A stretch of 64,000 bases of DNA from an uncultured bacterium (GTDB taxonomy: Bacteria > Krumholzibacteriota > Krumholzibacteriia > JACNKJ01): NCBI GenBank assembly GCA_963695095.1, contig CAVOFT010000001.1, positions 64,001-128,000 on the forward strand. Direction: 5' to 3'. Position numbers and translations under genes: made by a program. Below, piece after piece: positions 1-8,619 of this stretch. The stretch's first letter is position 1. The number at the start of each line of letters is the position of its first letter. A model generated the notes under the pieces. The model saw only the letters and a program-made list of their open reading frames with translations. It did no database searches and had not been told where the DNA came from.

Positions 1-1686
1 GAGGACCAGAAGCCGGGGGTCAAGAAGTGCGGACACCAGGGCGGCAAGGTGCTCTCGCCCACGGACGAGCAGCTCAAGCGGCTGAACGCCGCGCGCTTCC
101 AGCTGGACATCATGGACGTGCCCGGCCTCATCGTCGCGCGCACGGACGCCGAGGCCGCGACCTTCCTCGACGGACGCGGCGATGAGCGCGACCAGCCCTT
201 CATCCTCGGCGCCACGCGGCGGGACCTGCCCAGCTACAAGGCCGGCTACGTGGCCCTGCTCCACCGTCTGGCCGCCGCCGGCCTCGCCGAAGTGCGCGGC
301 CACCTGCTCTTCGCGGTCTCCGCCGGCGAGCTGGCCGCGGCCGCGGCCTGGCTCGAGCGGGCCGGCCTGGGCCTCCTCGTCGACGAAGCCGCGGCGGCCC
401 ATCGCGCCGACGCGAGTGGCGGCCTCGATGCGCTGCTCGACGCCCTGGACACGCGCTACGCCGAGCTCTGGCAGGCGCAGGCCGGCCTGAAGACCTACGG
501 CCACGCCGTGGCGGACGTGATCGCCTTCCGCGCGAGCGAGGGCGAGAGCTTCGCGTGGAGCAGCGAGGAGTGGCTGGCCTTCGCCGGCCGGGCCTCGCAT
601 TACGAGGCCCGCGAGCGGGCCCGCGAGCTGGGCATCCAGGTCATCTGGGACTGCGAGCTGCCCAAGACGCCCGAGGGCTACTACCCGATCGAGGCCGGCA
701 TCGAGTTCGCCATCGCCCGTTCGCTGGCGGCGGCGCCCTTCGCCGATCTGCTCTGGATGGAGACGAAGACCGCCGACCTCGCCGATGCCCGCCACTTCGC
801 CGAGGCCATTCACGCCGTGTTCCCCGACAAGCTGCTCGCCTACAACCTGTCGCCCTCCTTCAACTGGGACACGACCGGCATGAGCGACGAGCAGATGCGC
901 CGCTTCCCCGAAGAGCTCGGCAAGCTGGGCTACGTGTTCAACTTCATCACCTATGGCGGTCACCAGATCGACGGCCTCGCCGCCGAGGAGTTCGCCCAGG
1001 CCCTGCGGCAGGACGGCATGCTGGCCCTGGCTCGCCTGCAGCGGCGCTTCCGCCTCGTCGAGTCGCCCTATCGCACGCCCCAGACCCTGGTCGGCGGCCC
1101 GCGCCTGGACGGCGCGCTGATGGCCTCGACGGGACGGACGGCCAACACCAAGGCGATGGGCAAGGGTTCCACGCAGTTCCAGCACCTCGTGCAAACAGAG
1201 GTGCCCACCAAGCTGCTCATGGAGTGGCTCCAGCTTTGGGCTGCGCACAACAAGTTGCCGCACCCTTTGCGCGTGGAGCTCAAGCCCTCCAGCGCGGGGG
1301 CCGAGCTGCTGGAGCTGGCCATCGTGGATGCCGGCGGCGAGAAGATGGCCAACGTGGTCTTCGCGAGCATTCGCGACCGCCGCGAACGCAGCCTGCTATC
1401 GATCCGCGACCAGAACACCTACACCGAGGCGCTGCGCCAGAAGCGCTTGATGACCCTGACGCACCTCTACCTCATCCACCGCTATCAGGCCGTGTCGCTG
1501 CACTACGTGAGTCCCACCGAGGACAACCACTACCAGACGCAGAAGATGCTGGCGCAGGGCCTCTTCACGGACGTGCACAGCGAGATCGGCCACATCATCG
1601 TGGCCGAGGTGAATGCGCCGCGCGTGGAGGCGCTGCTGGCGGCCGACCAGAATGCACTGCGGGCTCTGATCGAGAAGCGCGCCTAG
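1..1686 (+). CDS. aceA: Isocitrate lyase, long ICL2 type with C-terminal GNAT-like domain (5' end outside window)
   Basis: Frame open from base 1: [18 protein letters not shown] (catalytic KKCGH motif), [25 protein letters not shown]. Extra C-terminal domain ([15 protein letters not shown]) resembles mycobacterial ICL2. Confidence 0.93.
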   Translation, partial: EDQKPGVKKCGHQGGKVLSPTDEQLKRLNAARFQLDIMDVPGLIVARTDAEAATFLDGRGDERDQPFILGATRRDLPSYKAGYVALLHRLAAAGLAEVRGHLLFAVSAGELAAAAAWLERAGLGLLVDEAAAAHRADASGGLDALLDALDTRYAELWQAQAGLKTYGHAVADVIAFRASEGESFAWSSEEWLAFAGRASHYEARERARELGIQVIWDCELPKTPEGYYPIEAGIEFAIARSLAAAPFADLLWMETKTADLADARHFAEAIHAVFPDKLLAYNLSPSFNWDTTGMSDEQMRRFPEELGKLGYVFNFITYGGHQIDGLAAEEFAQALRQDGMLALARLQRRFRLVESPYRTPQTLVGGPRLDGALMASTGRTANTKAMGKGSTQFQHLVQTEVPTKLLMEWLQLWAAHNKLPHPLRVELKPSSAGAELLELAIVDAGGEKMANVVFASIRDRRERSLLSIRDQNTYTEALRQKRLMTLTHLYLIHRYQAVSLHYVSPTEDNHYQTQKMLAQGLFTDVHSEIGHIIVAEVNAPRVEALLAADQNALRALIEKRA

Positions 1687-2132
1687 TCGAACCAGAAGCG
1701 CAGGCCGAGCCCCGCGTTCAGGCTGAAGTCGGTGTCGGGCGCCAGGTCCATGATCGGCACCAGCTCGAAGAAGAAGTCGAAGCGGTTGCGATCGAAGGCA
1801 TAGGCGATGCCGATCGGGAAGCGGGCGCCGATCAGCTCGTCATTGTCGATCAGCTTCACCCGCGCGCCGATGCCCAGGTAGGTGGGCAGACCCTCGCCGT
1901 CCACCTCGATCCAATCGTAGCGGTGAAAGAGGATGTCGCCGTGCAGGTGCAGGGCGTCCTCGCCCTCGAAGGACCAGGCGGCGGCCAGGTCGATGGCCTT
2001 GCTGCGCCCCGTCCAGTGCTTGAGGCTGAGACCCGTGGGCTCGCCGATGATGAGGCCGAGCCCGGTGTCGCCGGCGGCGGCGGGTAGCGCGGCGGCGAGC
2101 AGGGCACAGGCGAGGATGAGACGGCGAAGCAT
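1683..2132 (-). CDS. Small outer-membrane beta-barrel protein (DUF3996-like)
   Basis: Signal peptide, [15 protein letters not shown] motif, amphipathic strands, aromatic C-terminus GLGLRFWFD. Confidence 0.7.
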   Translation of the reverse strand: MLRRLILACALLAAALPAAAGDTGLGLIIGEPTGLSLKHWTGRSKAIDLAAAWSFEGEDALHLHGDILFHRYDWIEVDGEGLPTYLGIGARVKLIDNDELIGARFPIGIAYAFDRNRFDFFFELVPIMDLAPDTDFSLNAGLGLRFWFD

Positions 2133-2264
2133 GGCTTACCTCCGGGTCGGGTGGGCAGGCAGACAAGATAGCGAAGGCGGGCCGCCCTGACCAGGGTTCT
2201 CGAATCCCACACTCGCGGCGCATTGCCGCTTGAGGCGCCAGGCCCGCGGCCCTATCGTGGGGCC

Positions 2265-3950
2265 ATGACGCCCAAGCTGCTGCTCGCTCGCGAAGTCGTC
2301 CTCTGCGGCCCCGCCGGTCCGCTCGTCTTCGGCGGGCGCGCGCCCATCGTCACGCAGACGATGGCCGTGGCGGCCACCGAGCGCACCGAGGCAGTCTACG
2401 CGGAGATCTGCGAGCTGGCCGCGGCCGGCGCCGAGCTGGTGCGCGTGACCGTGCAGAGCCCGCGCATCGCCGAGAGCCTGGCGCCCCTGCGCGCGAAGCT
2501 GGACGCGGCGGGGGTCAAGGTGCCCCTGGTCGCCGACATCCACTTCAGCCCCGAGGCGGCGCTGCGCGCGGCGGATTTCGTCGAAAAAGTGCGCATCAAC
2601 CCGGGCAACTTCGCTGACAGCCGGCAGCCGCGCAGTTCGCCCTACACGGACGCCGAATACGCTACCGAACTGGCCAGAATCGCGGAGCGATTCTTGCCCC
2701 TTGTCGACGCCTGCCGCCGCCAGCGCCGCGTGCTGCGCATCGGCAGCAACCACGGCTCGCTTTCCCAGCGCATCCTCTCGCGCTACGGCGATACGCCGCT
2801 GGGCATGGTGGAGGCCGCGCTCGAGTACGTGCGCCTGGCCGAGGGCGCGGGCTATTCCGAGCTGGTGATTTCGATGAAGGCCAGCCACGTGGGCGTCATG
2901 GTGGAGGCCTACCGCCTGCTCGCGCTCGCCATGTTGCGCCGAGCCGAGGCGGGCGAGGGCGAGGTCTACCCCGTGCACCTGGGCGTCACCGAGGCGGGCG
3001 AGGGCGAGGACGCGCGCTTGAAGAGCTACATCGGCATGGGCGCCTTGCTCGAACTGGGCATCGGCGACACCGTGCGCGTTTCGCTCACCGAGAACGCGAT
3101 CCAGGAGCTGCCGGCGACCCGCGTGCTGGCCGGACGCTACTCGGATCGACGCACCCAGGCGGACCCCTGGACGGCGGCCGACCTCGCCGCCGAGTATGCC
3201 GAGCGCGAGAGCGACCCCGCGACCGGCGCGCTGCCGCGCGACGAGACCCTGGCCGGCCTGGATCCCGAAGCCCGGGCGCTGCACTTTCCCGTCACCCTGG
3301 TGCCGCAGCACTGGCAGCCCTCGATCCAGGAGCTGCTCGACCTCAAGTGGAAGCCCCTGCCGCCGGATCACGTGCGCATCGACGAGCTGGGGCGCCTGGG
3401 GCTCGTGATCGTGCCCCGCGGCATCAGCGCGCGTCTGGCCGAGCAGCGCCTCGAGGTGGAAGTCCGCGAGCGCACGCTGCTGGAGCTGGCCATCAGCGCG
3501 GGGGTCCCCCTCCTCGAGGGGCGCGCGCGCCGGGTGGCCGTGGAGGCCTCGACAGCGGAAGAAGCCGTGCGGGGCGTCGAGCTGGGCTACGCGCTCCTGC
3601 AGACCACGCGCCTGCGCATGAGCCGCGCGGACTTCATCAGTTGCCCCTCCTGCGGACGCACCCACTTCGACCTGCAAGCCGCCACCCGCCGCATCCGCGC
3701 GCGCTTCGGCCACCTGGAGGGCGTCAAGATCGCCATCATGGGCTGCGTGGTGAACGGCCCCGGCGAGATGGCCGACGCCGATTTCGGCTACGTGGGCGCC
3801 GCTCCGGGCCGCGTGGACCTCTACCTCGGCCGCGAGTGCCTGGAGCGCGGCATTCCCGAAGCCCAGGCCGTCGATCGCCTGCAGGCCCTGCTCGCCCTGC
3901 ACGGCGTCTGGCGCGAGTCGCCGGCTGCCGACCCGGAAGAGGGGCGATGA
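2265..3950 (+). CDS. ispG: 4-hydroxy-3-methylbut-2-en-1-yl diphosphate synthase
   Basis: VPLVADIHF, KVRINPGN, RIGSNHGSLS, HLGVTEAG, GIGDTVRVSLT, and the 4Fe-4S motifs ISCPSCGRT and IMGCVVNGPGE. Confidence 0.96.
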   Translation: MTPKLLLAREVVLCGPAGPLVFGGRAPIVTQTMAVAATERTEAVYAEICELAAAGAELVRVTVQSPRIAESLAPLRAKLDAAGVKVPLVADIHFSPEAALRAADFVEKVRINPGNFADSRQPRSSPYTDAEYATELARIAERFLPLVDACRRQRRVLRIGSNHGSLSQRILSRYGDTPLGMVEAALEYVRLAEGAGYSELVISMKASHVGVMVEAYRLLALAMLRRAEAGEGEVYPVHLGVTEAGEGEDARLKSYIGMGALLELGIGDTVRVSLTENAIQELPATRVLAGRYSDRRTQADPWTAADLAAEYAERESDPATGALPRDETLAGLDPEARALHFPVTLVPQHWQPSIQELLDLKWKPLPPDHVRIDELGRLGLVIVPRGISARLAEQRLEVEVRERTLLELAISAGVPLLEGRARRVAVEASTAEEAVRGVELGYALLQTTRLRMSRADFISCPSCGRTHFDLQAATRRIRARFGHLEGVKIAIMGCVVNGPGEMADADFGYVGAAPGRVDLYLGRECLERGIPEAQAVDRLQALLALHGVWRESPAADPEEGR

Positions 3951-4744
3951 GCGCGCTCGTCGTCGTGCTGCTCTGCCTGCCGATCGCCGTGCTGGCCTCG
4001 ATGGTGGGCATCGGCGGCGGCGTCTTCGTCGTGCCGCTCTGGCTGGCGGCCGGCTTCAGCTTCGTGGCCGCCAGCAGCGCTTCGCTGGTGATGACCACGG
4101 CCCTGGGCGCTTCGGCCGCCGTCGTCTACCTGCGCAAGGGCTTGGTCGAGCCGGCGCTCGTCTTCACCATCGGTCCGGCGGCCTGGCTGGTCAGCTTCGC
4201 CTCCGGCTTTCTCTCGGGGCATCTCGATGAACGGCTCTTGCGCGGCGCCTTCGCCTGCGTGCTGCTGGGCCTGTCCCTCTTGCTCTTCAAGCAGCCGCAG
4301 GCCAGGGGACAGGCGCCGGCAGCGACAGGCGGGCGCTGGTCGCTGCGCCGCGAGCGCGAGGGCGAGGTCTACTTCATCCCGCTCGTCGGCGCCGCCGGCG
4401 CTGGCGCCTTGGCCGGCCTCCTCGCTGGTCTCTTCGGCATCGGCGGCGGCGTGCTGATCGTGCCCATCCTCACCCTCGCCTTCCGCATTCCCATCCATAT
4501 CGCAGTGGCCTCGTCGTCCCTGTTGCTCGCCCTCACCTCGGTGTTCGGCGCGAGCGGGCACGCCCTGGCCGGCCACATCGACTGGCTGCCTGCACTGGCC
4601 GCGGCGGCCACGGCTGTGCTGGGCGCCCAGCTCGGCGCCCGCCTCACTTCGCGCCTGAAGCCGCACCACCTGCGGCGACTGCTCGCACTGGTGCTGTTCG
4701 CGGTGGCGCTCTGGATCGGAATCGGAGTGCTCAGGCAGGGCTAG
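3947..4744 (+). CDS. Sulfite exporter TauE/SafE family membrane protein
   Basis: Two GIGGG(V) motifs in a duplicated multi-TM protein. ATGA overlap with the ispG stop. Confidence 0.88.
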   Translation: MSALVVVLLCLPIAVLASMVGIGGGVFVVPLWLAAGFSFVAASSASLVMTTALGASAAVVYLRKGLVEPALVFTIGPAAWLVSFASGFLSGHLDERLLRGAFACVLLGLSLLLFKQPQARGQAPAATGGRWSLRREREGEVYFIPLVGAAGAGALAGLLAGLFGIGGGVLIVPILTLAFRIPIHIAVASSSLLLALTSVFGASGHALAGHIDWLPALAAAATAVLGAQLGARLTSRLKPHHLRRLLALVLFAVALWIGIGVLRQG

Positions 4745-4986
4745 GTTCCGGACCGCGGCGGCCAGAGCCTCCCGCCGAGCAGTTGGCCCGCCACGGCGAA
4801 GACCAGCGTCAGCGCCACGAACCACAGCGAGAGACCTAGCAGGCGCCTGAGCACGAAGGCGAAGGGAATGGGGGCATGGATGGAGAGGATCCAGCTCCAG
4901 CTTCGCTTGCGCGCGTGGACGCGCCAGCCCCCGGCAGGCAAGTTGAGCGCGAAGGCGCTGAGGGCGAGCAGCCCGGCGCGAAGCAT
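4741..4986 (-). CDS. Small hypothetical membrane protein (81 aa) downstream of selD
   Basis: ATG at 4986; hydrophobic LNLPAGGW...WILSIHAPIP...AGQLLGG pattern. Confidence 0.6.
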   Translation of the reverse strand: MLRAGLLALSAFALNLPAGGWRVHARKRSWSWILSIHAPIPFAFVLRRLLGLSLWFVALTLVFAVAGQLLGGRLWPPRSGT

Positions 4987-5039
4987 CAGCGGCAGCGAGC
5001 CCGGCGAGTGGATGGCCTGGGGCAGCGCGGCAAGGGCGC

Positions 5040-6134
5040 TCACGCCAGCACCAGGGTCCCCGGCTGGCCGGACTCGACGCTGCCGATGAGCACCGCCTCG
5101 GCCACGCCTCCCGCCTGCAGCGCCGCGAGCAGGGCCTCGGCTTCGGCCTCCGCCACGGCGATGAGCAGGCCGCCGCTGGTCTGCGCGTCGCAGGCCAGCC
5201 ACAGCTGCGCCTCGCTCACCCCGGCGCCGCGCTTCAGGTGCGGCTCCACCGCCTTGCGGTTCGCGCGGCTGCCGCCGCAGAGCAGATCCTTCGCGATCAT
5301 CGCCAGGGCCTGCGGGTAGGCGGGCAGGGCCGCCGCTGACAGGTGGAAGCAGAGGCCCGCGCCGCGGGCCATCTCGAGCGCGTGGCCGGCCAGACCGTAG
5401 CCCGTGACGTCGGTGAGCGCGTGCACGCCGCGGGTGGCCGGCTCGCCGCGATCGGCGGCGCCGTCGGCGACGAAGGCGTCCAGCACTTCGGCTGCGCGCT
5501 TGTTGAGCCGCATCATGCCCGCCACGGCAGGGGCGACATCGTCATCGCCGAGCTCGCCCTTGCCGCGGCCGGCGAAGAGCGTGGCCGTGCCCAGGGGCTT
5601 GGTGAGGATGAGCCGGTCGCCGACCCGCGCGCCGGCGTTGGTGAGCACGCGGCGGGGGTGCACCAGGCCGGTCACGGCCAGGCCGTACTTCAGCTCGGCA
5701 TCCTTGATCGTGTGCCCGCCGGCCAGCGCCGCGCCCGCCTCGCGGATGGCCTCGTAGCCGCCCTCGAGGATGCGGGCCAGCTCGGCCTTGGGCAGCTGCG
5801 TCGGCGGGAAGCAGCAGATGTTCAGGGCGGTCACGGGCCGGCCGCCCATGGCATAGACGTCGCTCAGCGAATTGGCGGCGGCGATGCGGCCGAAGGTGAA
5901 GGGGTCCTCGACGATGGGCGTGATGAAGTCCAGGGTCTGCACGAGGGCCAGCTCGGGCGAGAGACGATAGACCCCGGCATCGTCCGAGGTGTCGAGGCCC
6001 ACGAGCAGGTTCTCGACACGCTCGGCCCGGATGTGGCCGATGATCTCGCGCAGGTCCTCCGGACCCATCTTGGCGCTTCAGCCGCCGGCCGAAGCGAAGT
6101 CCGTGAGGCTGCAGCGCAGCCCCTCGTCGCTCAC
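5040..6134 (-). CDS. selD: Selenide,water dikinase (selenophosphate synthetase), selenoprotein with Sec at codon 19 (UGA at 6078-6080)
   Basis: GTG at 6134 after a purine-rich RBS reads VSDEGLRCSLTDFASAGG-UGA-SAKMGPEDL in one frame. Downstream motifs DDAGVY, LVQTLDF, AANSLSDVYAMGG, GGHT, TDVTGYGLAGH, DAQTSGGLL. Confidence 0.94.
6052..6066 (-). promoter_or_regulatory. Bacterial SECIS hairpin in selD mRNA
   Basis: mRNA reads UGA, 11 nt (AGCGCCAAGAU), then GGGUCC-GGA-GGACCU stem-loop with a G-containing apical loop. Confidence 0.75.
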
Positions 6135-6166
6135 GGGCGCTCCCTTCTCGTGGCCTGTTACACCGC

Positions 6167-6230
6167 AAGATACCGCAGCCGCCGGGCCTGTCAATCGAGG
6201 CATTGACAGGCCGCCGGGGCGGCTTTTCTT
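6167..6230. promoter_or_regulatory. Divergent sigma70-type promoters for selD and rex, with back-to-back TTGACA boxes forming an 11-bp inverted repeat
   Basis: GGCCTGTCAAT-N6-ATTGACAGGCC at 6185-6212. Minus strand TTGACA-16-TATCTT; plus strand TTGACA-16-TTTCTT (weaker). Confidence 0.55.
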
Positions 6231-6279
6231 GTATTCAGGATTCGGCGCTCCTCTATGGGGCCGGCGGAGGCGGGCGAGC

Positions 6280-6936
6280 ATGAGCATCCGGCAGGACAAG
6301 ATCCCCGCAGCCACGCTGCAGCGCCTGCCGGTCTACCTCTACCGCCTGCAGACGCTGCAGGCGGACGGTGTGGGCCGGGTGAGCAGCCGGACGCTGGCGG
6401 CCCAGTTGCGCATCAACTCCTCGCGCCTGAGGCAGGACTTCCACCACTTCGGCGGCTTCAGCCGCCCGGGCCAGGCCTACGAGGTGGCGCATCTCGTCGA
6501 GCGCCTGCGGGAGATCCTCGCCCTCGGCCAGGCGGTGGACTACGTGATCGCCGGCGCCGGCTACCTGGGCCAGGCGATCGCCGCCTATCCGCGCTTCGAG
6601 GAGGACGGCTTTCGCCTGGCCGGCATCTTCGACATCAATCCCAAGCTCATCGGCCTGCGCTTCCGCGGCGTGGCCGTGCAGGATCTCGAACTGCTGCCCG
6701 CGCTGGTGGGGCGACTCGGCGTCAAGCTCGGCGTGATCACGACCTCCCCCGAGGCGGCCCAGAGCGTCGCCGAGCGGATGGTGGCGGCCGGCATCACCGG
6801 CATCTGGAACTTCGCGCCGGTGGGCCTGCAGGTCCCCGAGGGCGTCACGCTGCAGGACGAGTTCCTCTCGGCCGGGCTGATGGCCCTGCACTACCGCATG
6901 CAGGAGGGCGAGCGCGGACCCGAGCGCCGGCGCTGA
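6280..6936 (+). CDS. rex: Redox-sensing transcriptional repressor Rex
   Basis: IPAATLQRLPVY, VSSRTLA..RLRQDF winged helix, GAGYLGQA Rossmann fold, GIWNFAP. Confidence 0.93.
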   Translation: MSIRQDKIPAATLQRLPVYLYRLQTLQADGVGRVSSRTLAAQLRINSSRLRQDFHHFGGFSRPGQAYEVAHLVERLREILALGQAVDYVIAGAGYLGQAIAAYPRFEEDGFRLAGIFDINPKLIGLRFRGVAVQDLELLPALVGRLGVKLGVITTSPEAAQSVAERMVAAGITGIWNFAPVGLQVPEGVTLQDEFLSAGLMALHYRMQEGERGPERRR

Positions 6937-6941
6937 GCGCG

Positions 6942-6969
6942 AAAAACCCCGGGGCGATCGCCCCGGGGT
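6942..6969 (-). terminator. Intrinsic terminator for a minus-strand transcript; may also act on rex
   Basis: Perfect palindrome ACCCCGGGGCGATCGCCCCGGGGT with a U5 tract on the minus strand only. Confidence 0.75.
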
Positions 6970-7059
6970 CCGCCTTGCTACCCTTTGTGTATCCTGGCCA
7001 CGGGAGGAGCGGAATCCGTTCCGCCTTCTAGCCTCCGCCCTGCGACGTGCTTCCCACGC
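6942..7059 (-). ncRNA. Candidate small RNA (~118 nt), GGA-rich
   Basis: Bounded by promoter TTGCCG-17-TATACT (7093-7065) and the U-tailed terminator. No credible ORF inside. Hairpins GUG-GGAAG-CAC and GCGGAA-CGGA-UUCCGC. Confidence 0.55.
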
Positions 7060-7064
7060 AGACC

Positions 7065-7093
7065 AGTATAGCAGGCCCCTGCCGGCGCGGCAA
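7065..7093 (-). promoter_or_regulatory. Sigma70-type promoter with extended -10
   Basis: TTGCCG-N17-TATACT, with TG preceding the -10 as TGCTATACT. Confidence 0.6.
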
Positions 7094-7356
7094 GCCTTCC
7101 GATCGCGTATCGTGATGATGTGCAACGGGTTAGATTCCCAATTCGCCCTCGAAATGCCCCATCGGGGCCCATGGGGGCGAGGGCTTCGCCGGGGCGATCT
7201 GGGAGATCACGCCCACTTGCCCCTAGCGGGTCGCGCCGGGTGGAGCCGCTGCGGGAGGTGGCGGTTAAGCCGCTATTTGGCAATGGCTTGGGTGACTCAT
7301 TCGGCAGGGTCCGCGTGTCCTGCAACTCTGCGTCCGCTTCGATGTCCGCCTTGCGA

Positions 7357-7386
7357 TTGAGACCCCATGGCCCGATAGTGCATAAT
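7357..7386 (+). promoter_or_regulatory. Putative promoter for the Cys-rich gene pair
   Basis: TTGAGA-N18-CATAAT. Confidence 0.35.
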
Positions 7387-7451
7387 CACGGCAGGTCGGA
7401 GCTCCTCTAGCAGCATCCTCCAGCTCGCCAGTGCCACGGGAGTGCGCATCG

Positions 7452-7943
7452 ATGTCCATTCGCGCGGGTTCAAGCACGGTTGCCCTCGCCGCCCTGGCGC
7501 TGTGGTTGGCGCTGTGGCCTGCAGCCGATGCGATCACCGGCGCCTCGAACACCGTGCTGGACCTGTCGTCCCCCGGCGCCGCCCCGACCGCCCATTGCGC
7601 CGACGCCCCGGACGAGCTTTCGGATTGCGCCAGCGCCCCCTCGTGCAGCCGGATGCTCGCAGCGAATCAGGGCGCCAAGGCCTGCGGCGACACGCGCTCC
7701 CGCTGTGCCACGGACCCGATCCCCGACAGCGAAGGCGATCTCGCTTGCGCGGGCACGAACGCTGCCCGCTGCGGCCAGTGCCAGTGCATCGGCGGCCTCG
7801 TGCTCTTCGCCGCCTCGCCGCCCCAGTTCAGCCCCGACCTCGAGCTGGTCGGCACGCTGAGCGCCGCCCGCTTCGACGAGGCGTCACGCTGCCCACGCCC
7901 GCTGCTCCGCCCGCCGATGGCAAATCTGTCGAACACCGCCTGA
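7452..7943 (+). CDS. Cys-rich leader-type protein with C-terminal RPP motif (DUF2946/CruR/CutF-like architecture)
   Basis: N-terminal hydrophobic helix, 10 Cys including CGQCQC, ends SRCPRPLLRPPMANLSNTA. Confidence 0.55.
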   Translation: MSIRAGSSTVALAALALWLALWPAADAITGASNTVLDLSSPGAAPTAHCADAPDELSDCASAPSCSRMLAANQGAKACGDTRSRCATDPIPDSEGDLACAGTNAARCGQCQCIGGLVLFAASPPQFSPDLELVGTLSAARFDEASRCPRPLLRPPMANLSNTA

Positions 7944-7996
7944 AGCGCGTGCCCTGCACGCACCACCAACACCATTGCATCGGGAGATCGATCCAC

Positions 7997-8491
7997 ATGA
8001 ATCGGAAACGCATGATTGCGCTCGCGACGGCCCTCGCCGTCATGGTCTTCGCCGCGGCCCTCGCCGTGGCCGATGAGAAGCCCGCCCCGCCGGCGCCCGC
8101 CGCCGGCTGCAGCCCTGGCTGCACCGCCACTTGCACCGGGGCCGCGAAGACGGCCGCCGTGCCGGCGGCCGCGGCACCGGCAAGTTCCGGAAGCGAGGAG
8201 GCCACGCTCAAGGCTCACATGGAAGCCTGTGTCAAGGCCTGCGCCGCAGCCTGCAAGACCGGCGACGCCAAGGCTCACATGGAGGCCTGTGCCAAGGCCT
8301 GCGCCGAAGCCTGCAAGACCGGCGACACCAAGGCTCACATGGAGGCCTGTGCCAAGGCCTGCGCCGAAGCCTGCAAGACCGGCGATGCCAAGGCCCATGC
8401 CGCAGCTTGCGCCAAGGCCTGCGCCGCGGCCTGCAAGCCCGCCAAGCTCAGCCCGAAGGATCGGGGGGCCGGCTTGACGCCGAAGCGCTAG
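7997..8491 (+). CDS. Secreted Cys-rich tandem-repeat protein, putative metal-binding
   Basis: GGGAG RBS, signal peptide MNRKRMIALATALAVMVFAAALAVA, CSPGCTATC, then four KAHMEACxKACAxACKTGD-type repeats; 15 Cys. Confidence 0.8.
   Translation: MNRKRMIALATALAVMVFAAALAVADEKPAPPAPAAGCSPGCTATCTGAAKTAAVPAAAAPASSGSEEATLKAHMEACVKACAAACKTGDAKAHMEACAKACAEACKTGDTKAHMEACAKACAEACKTGDAKAHAAACAKACAAACKPAKLSPKDRGAGLTPKR
8210..8445 (+). repeat. Four tandem 60-bp coding repeats
   Basis: Unit AAGGCTCACATGGAGGCCTGTGCCAAGGCCTGCGCCGAAGCCTGCAAGACCGGCGAC... recurs at 8210, 8270, 8330 and 8390 (last copy diverged). Confidence 0.95.
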
Positions 8492-8513
8492 CCGGCGAGC
8501 TTGCTGCGAAGTC

Positions 8514-8549
8514 GAGGCGCCCGCGGGCTTCACCCGCGGGCGTCTTCTT
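8514..8549 (+). terminator. Putative intrinsic terminator
   Basis: GAGGCGCCCGCGGG-CTTCA-CCCGCGGGCGTCTT followed by CTT. Confidence 0.55.
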
Positions 8550-8619
8550 GCCCTCGAGCGCCATTGAGCCGGCAGCGGGATCGCAAGTGCGGCGCCCCGC
8601 CGGCTGTCCGCGCGGATCG

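Noticed and set aside
7130..7330. Riboswitch in the GC-rich intergenic hairpins
   Set aside because: Hairpins are possible but no known aptamer consensus was recognised; such pairing is expected at this GC content.
6937..7430. tRNA-Sec near selD
   Set aside because: No UCA anticodon arm, T-arm or CCA end could be found by eye.
8210..8445. 60-bp periodic repeats as a CRISPR array
   Set aside because: No unique spacers; units are contiguous, in frame and vary like codons; no cas genes nearby.
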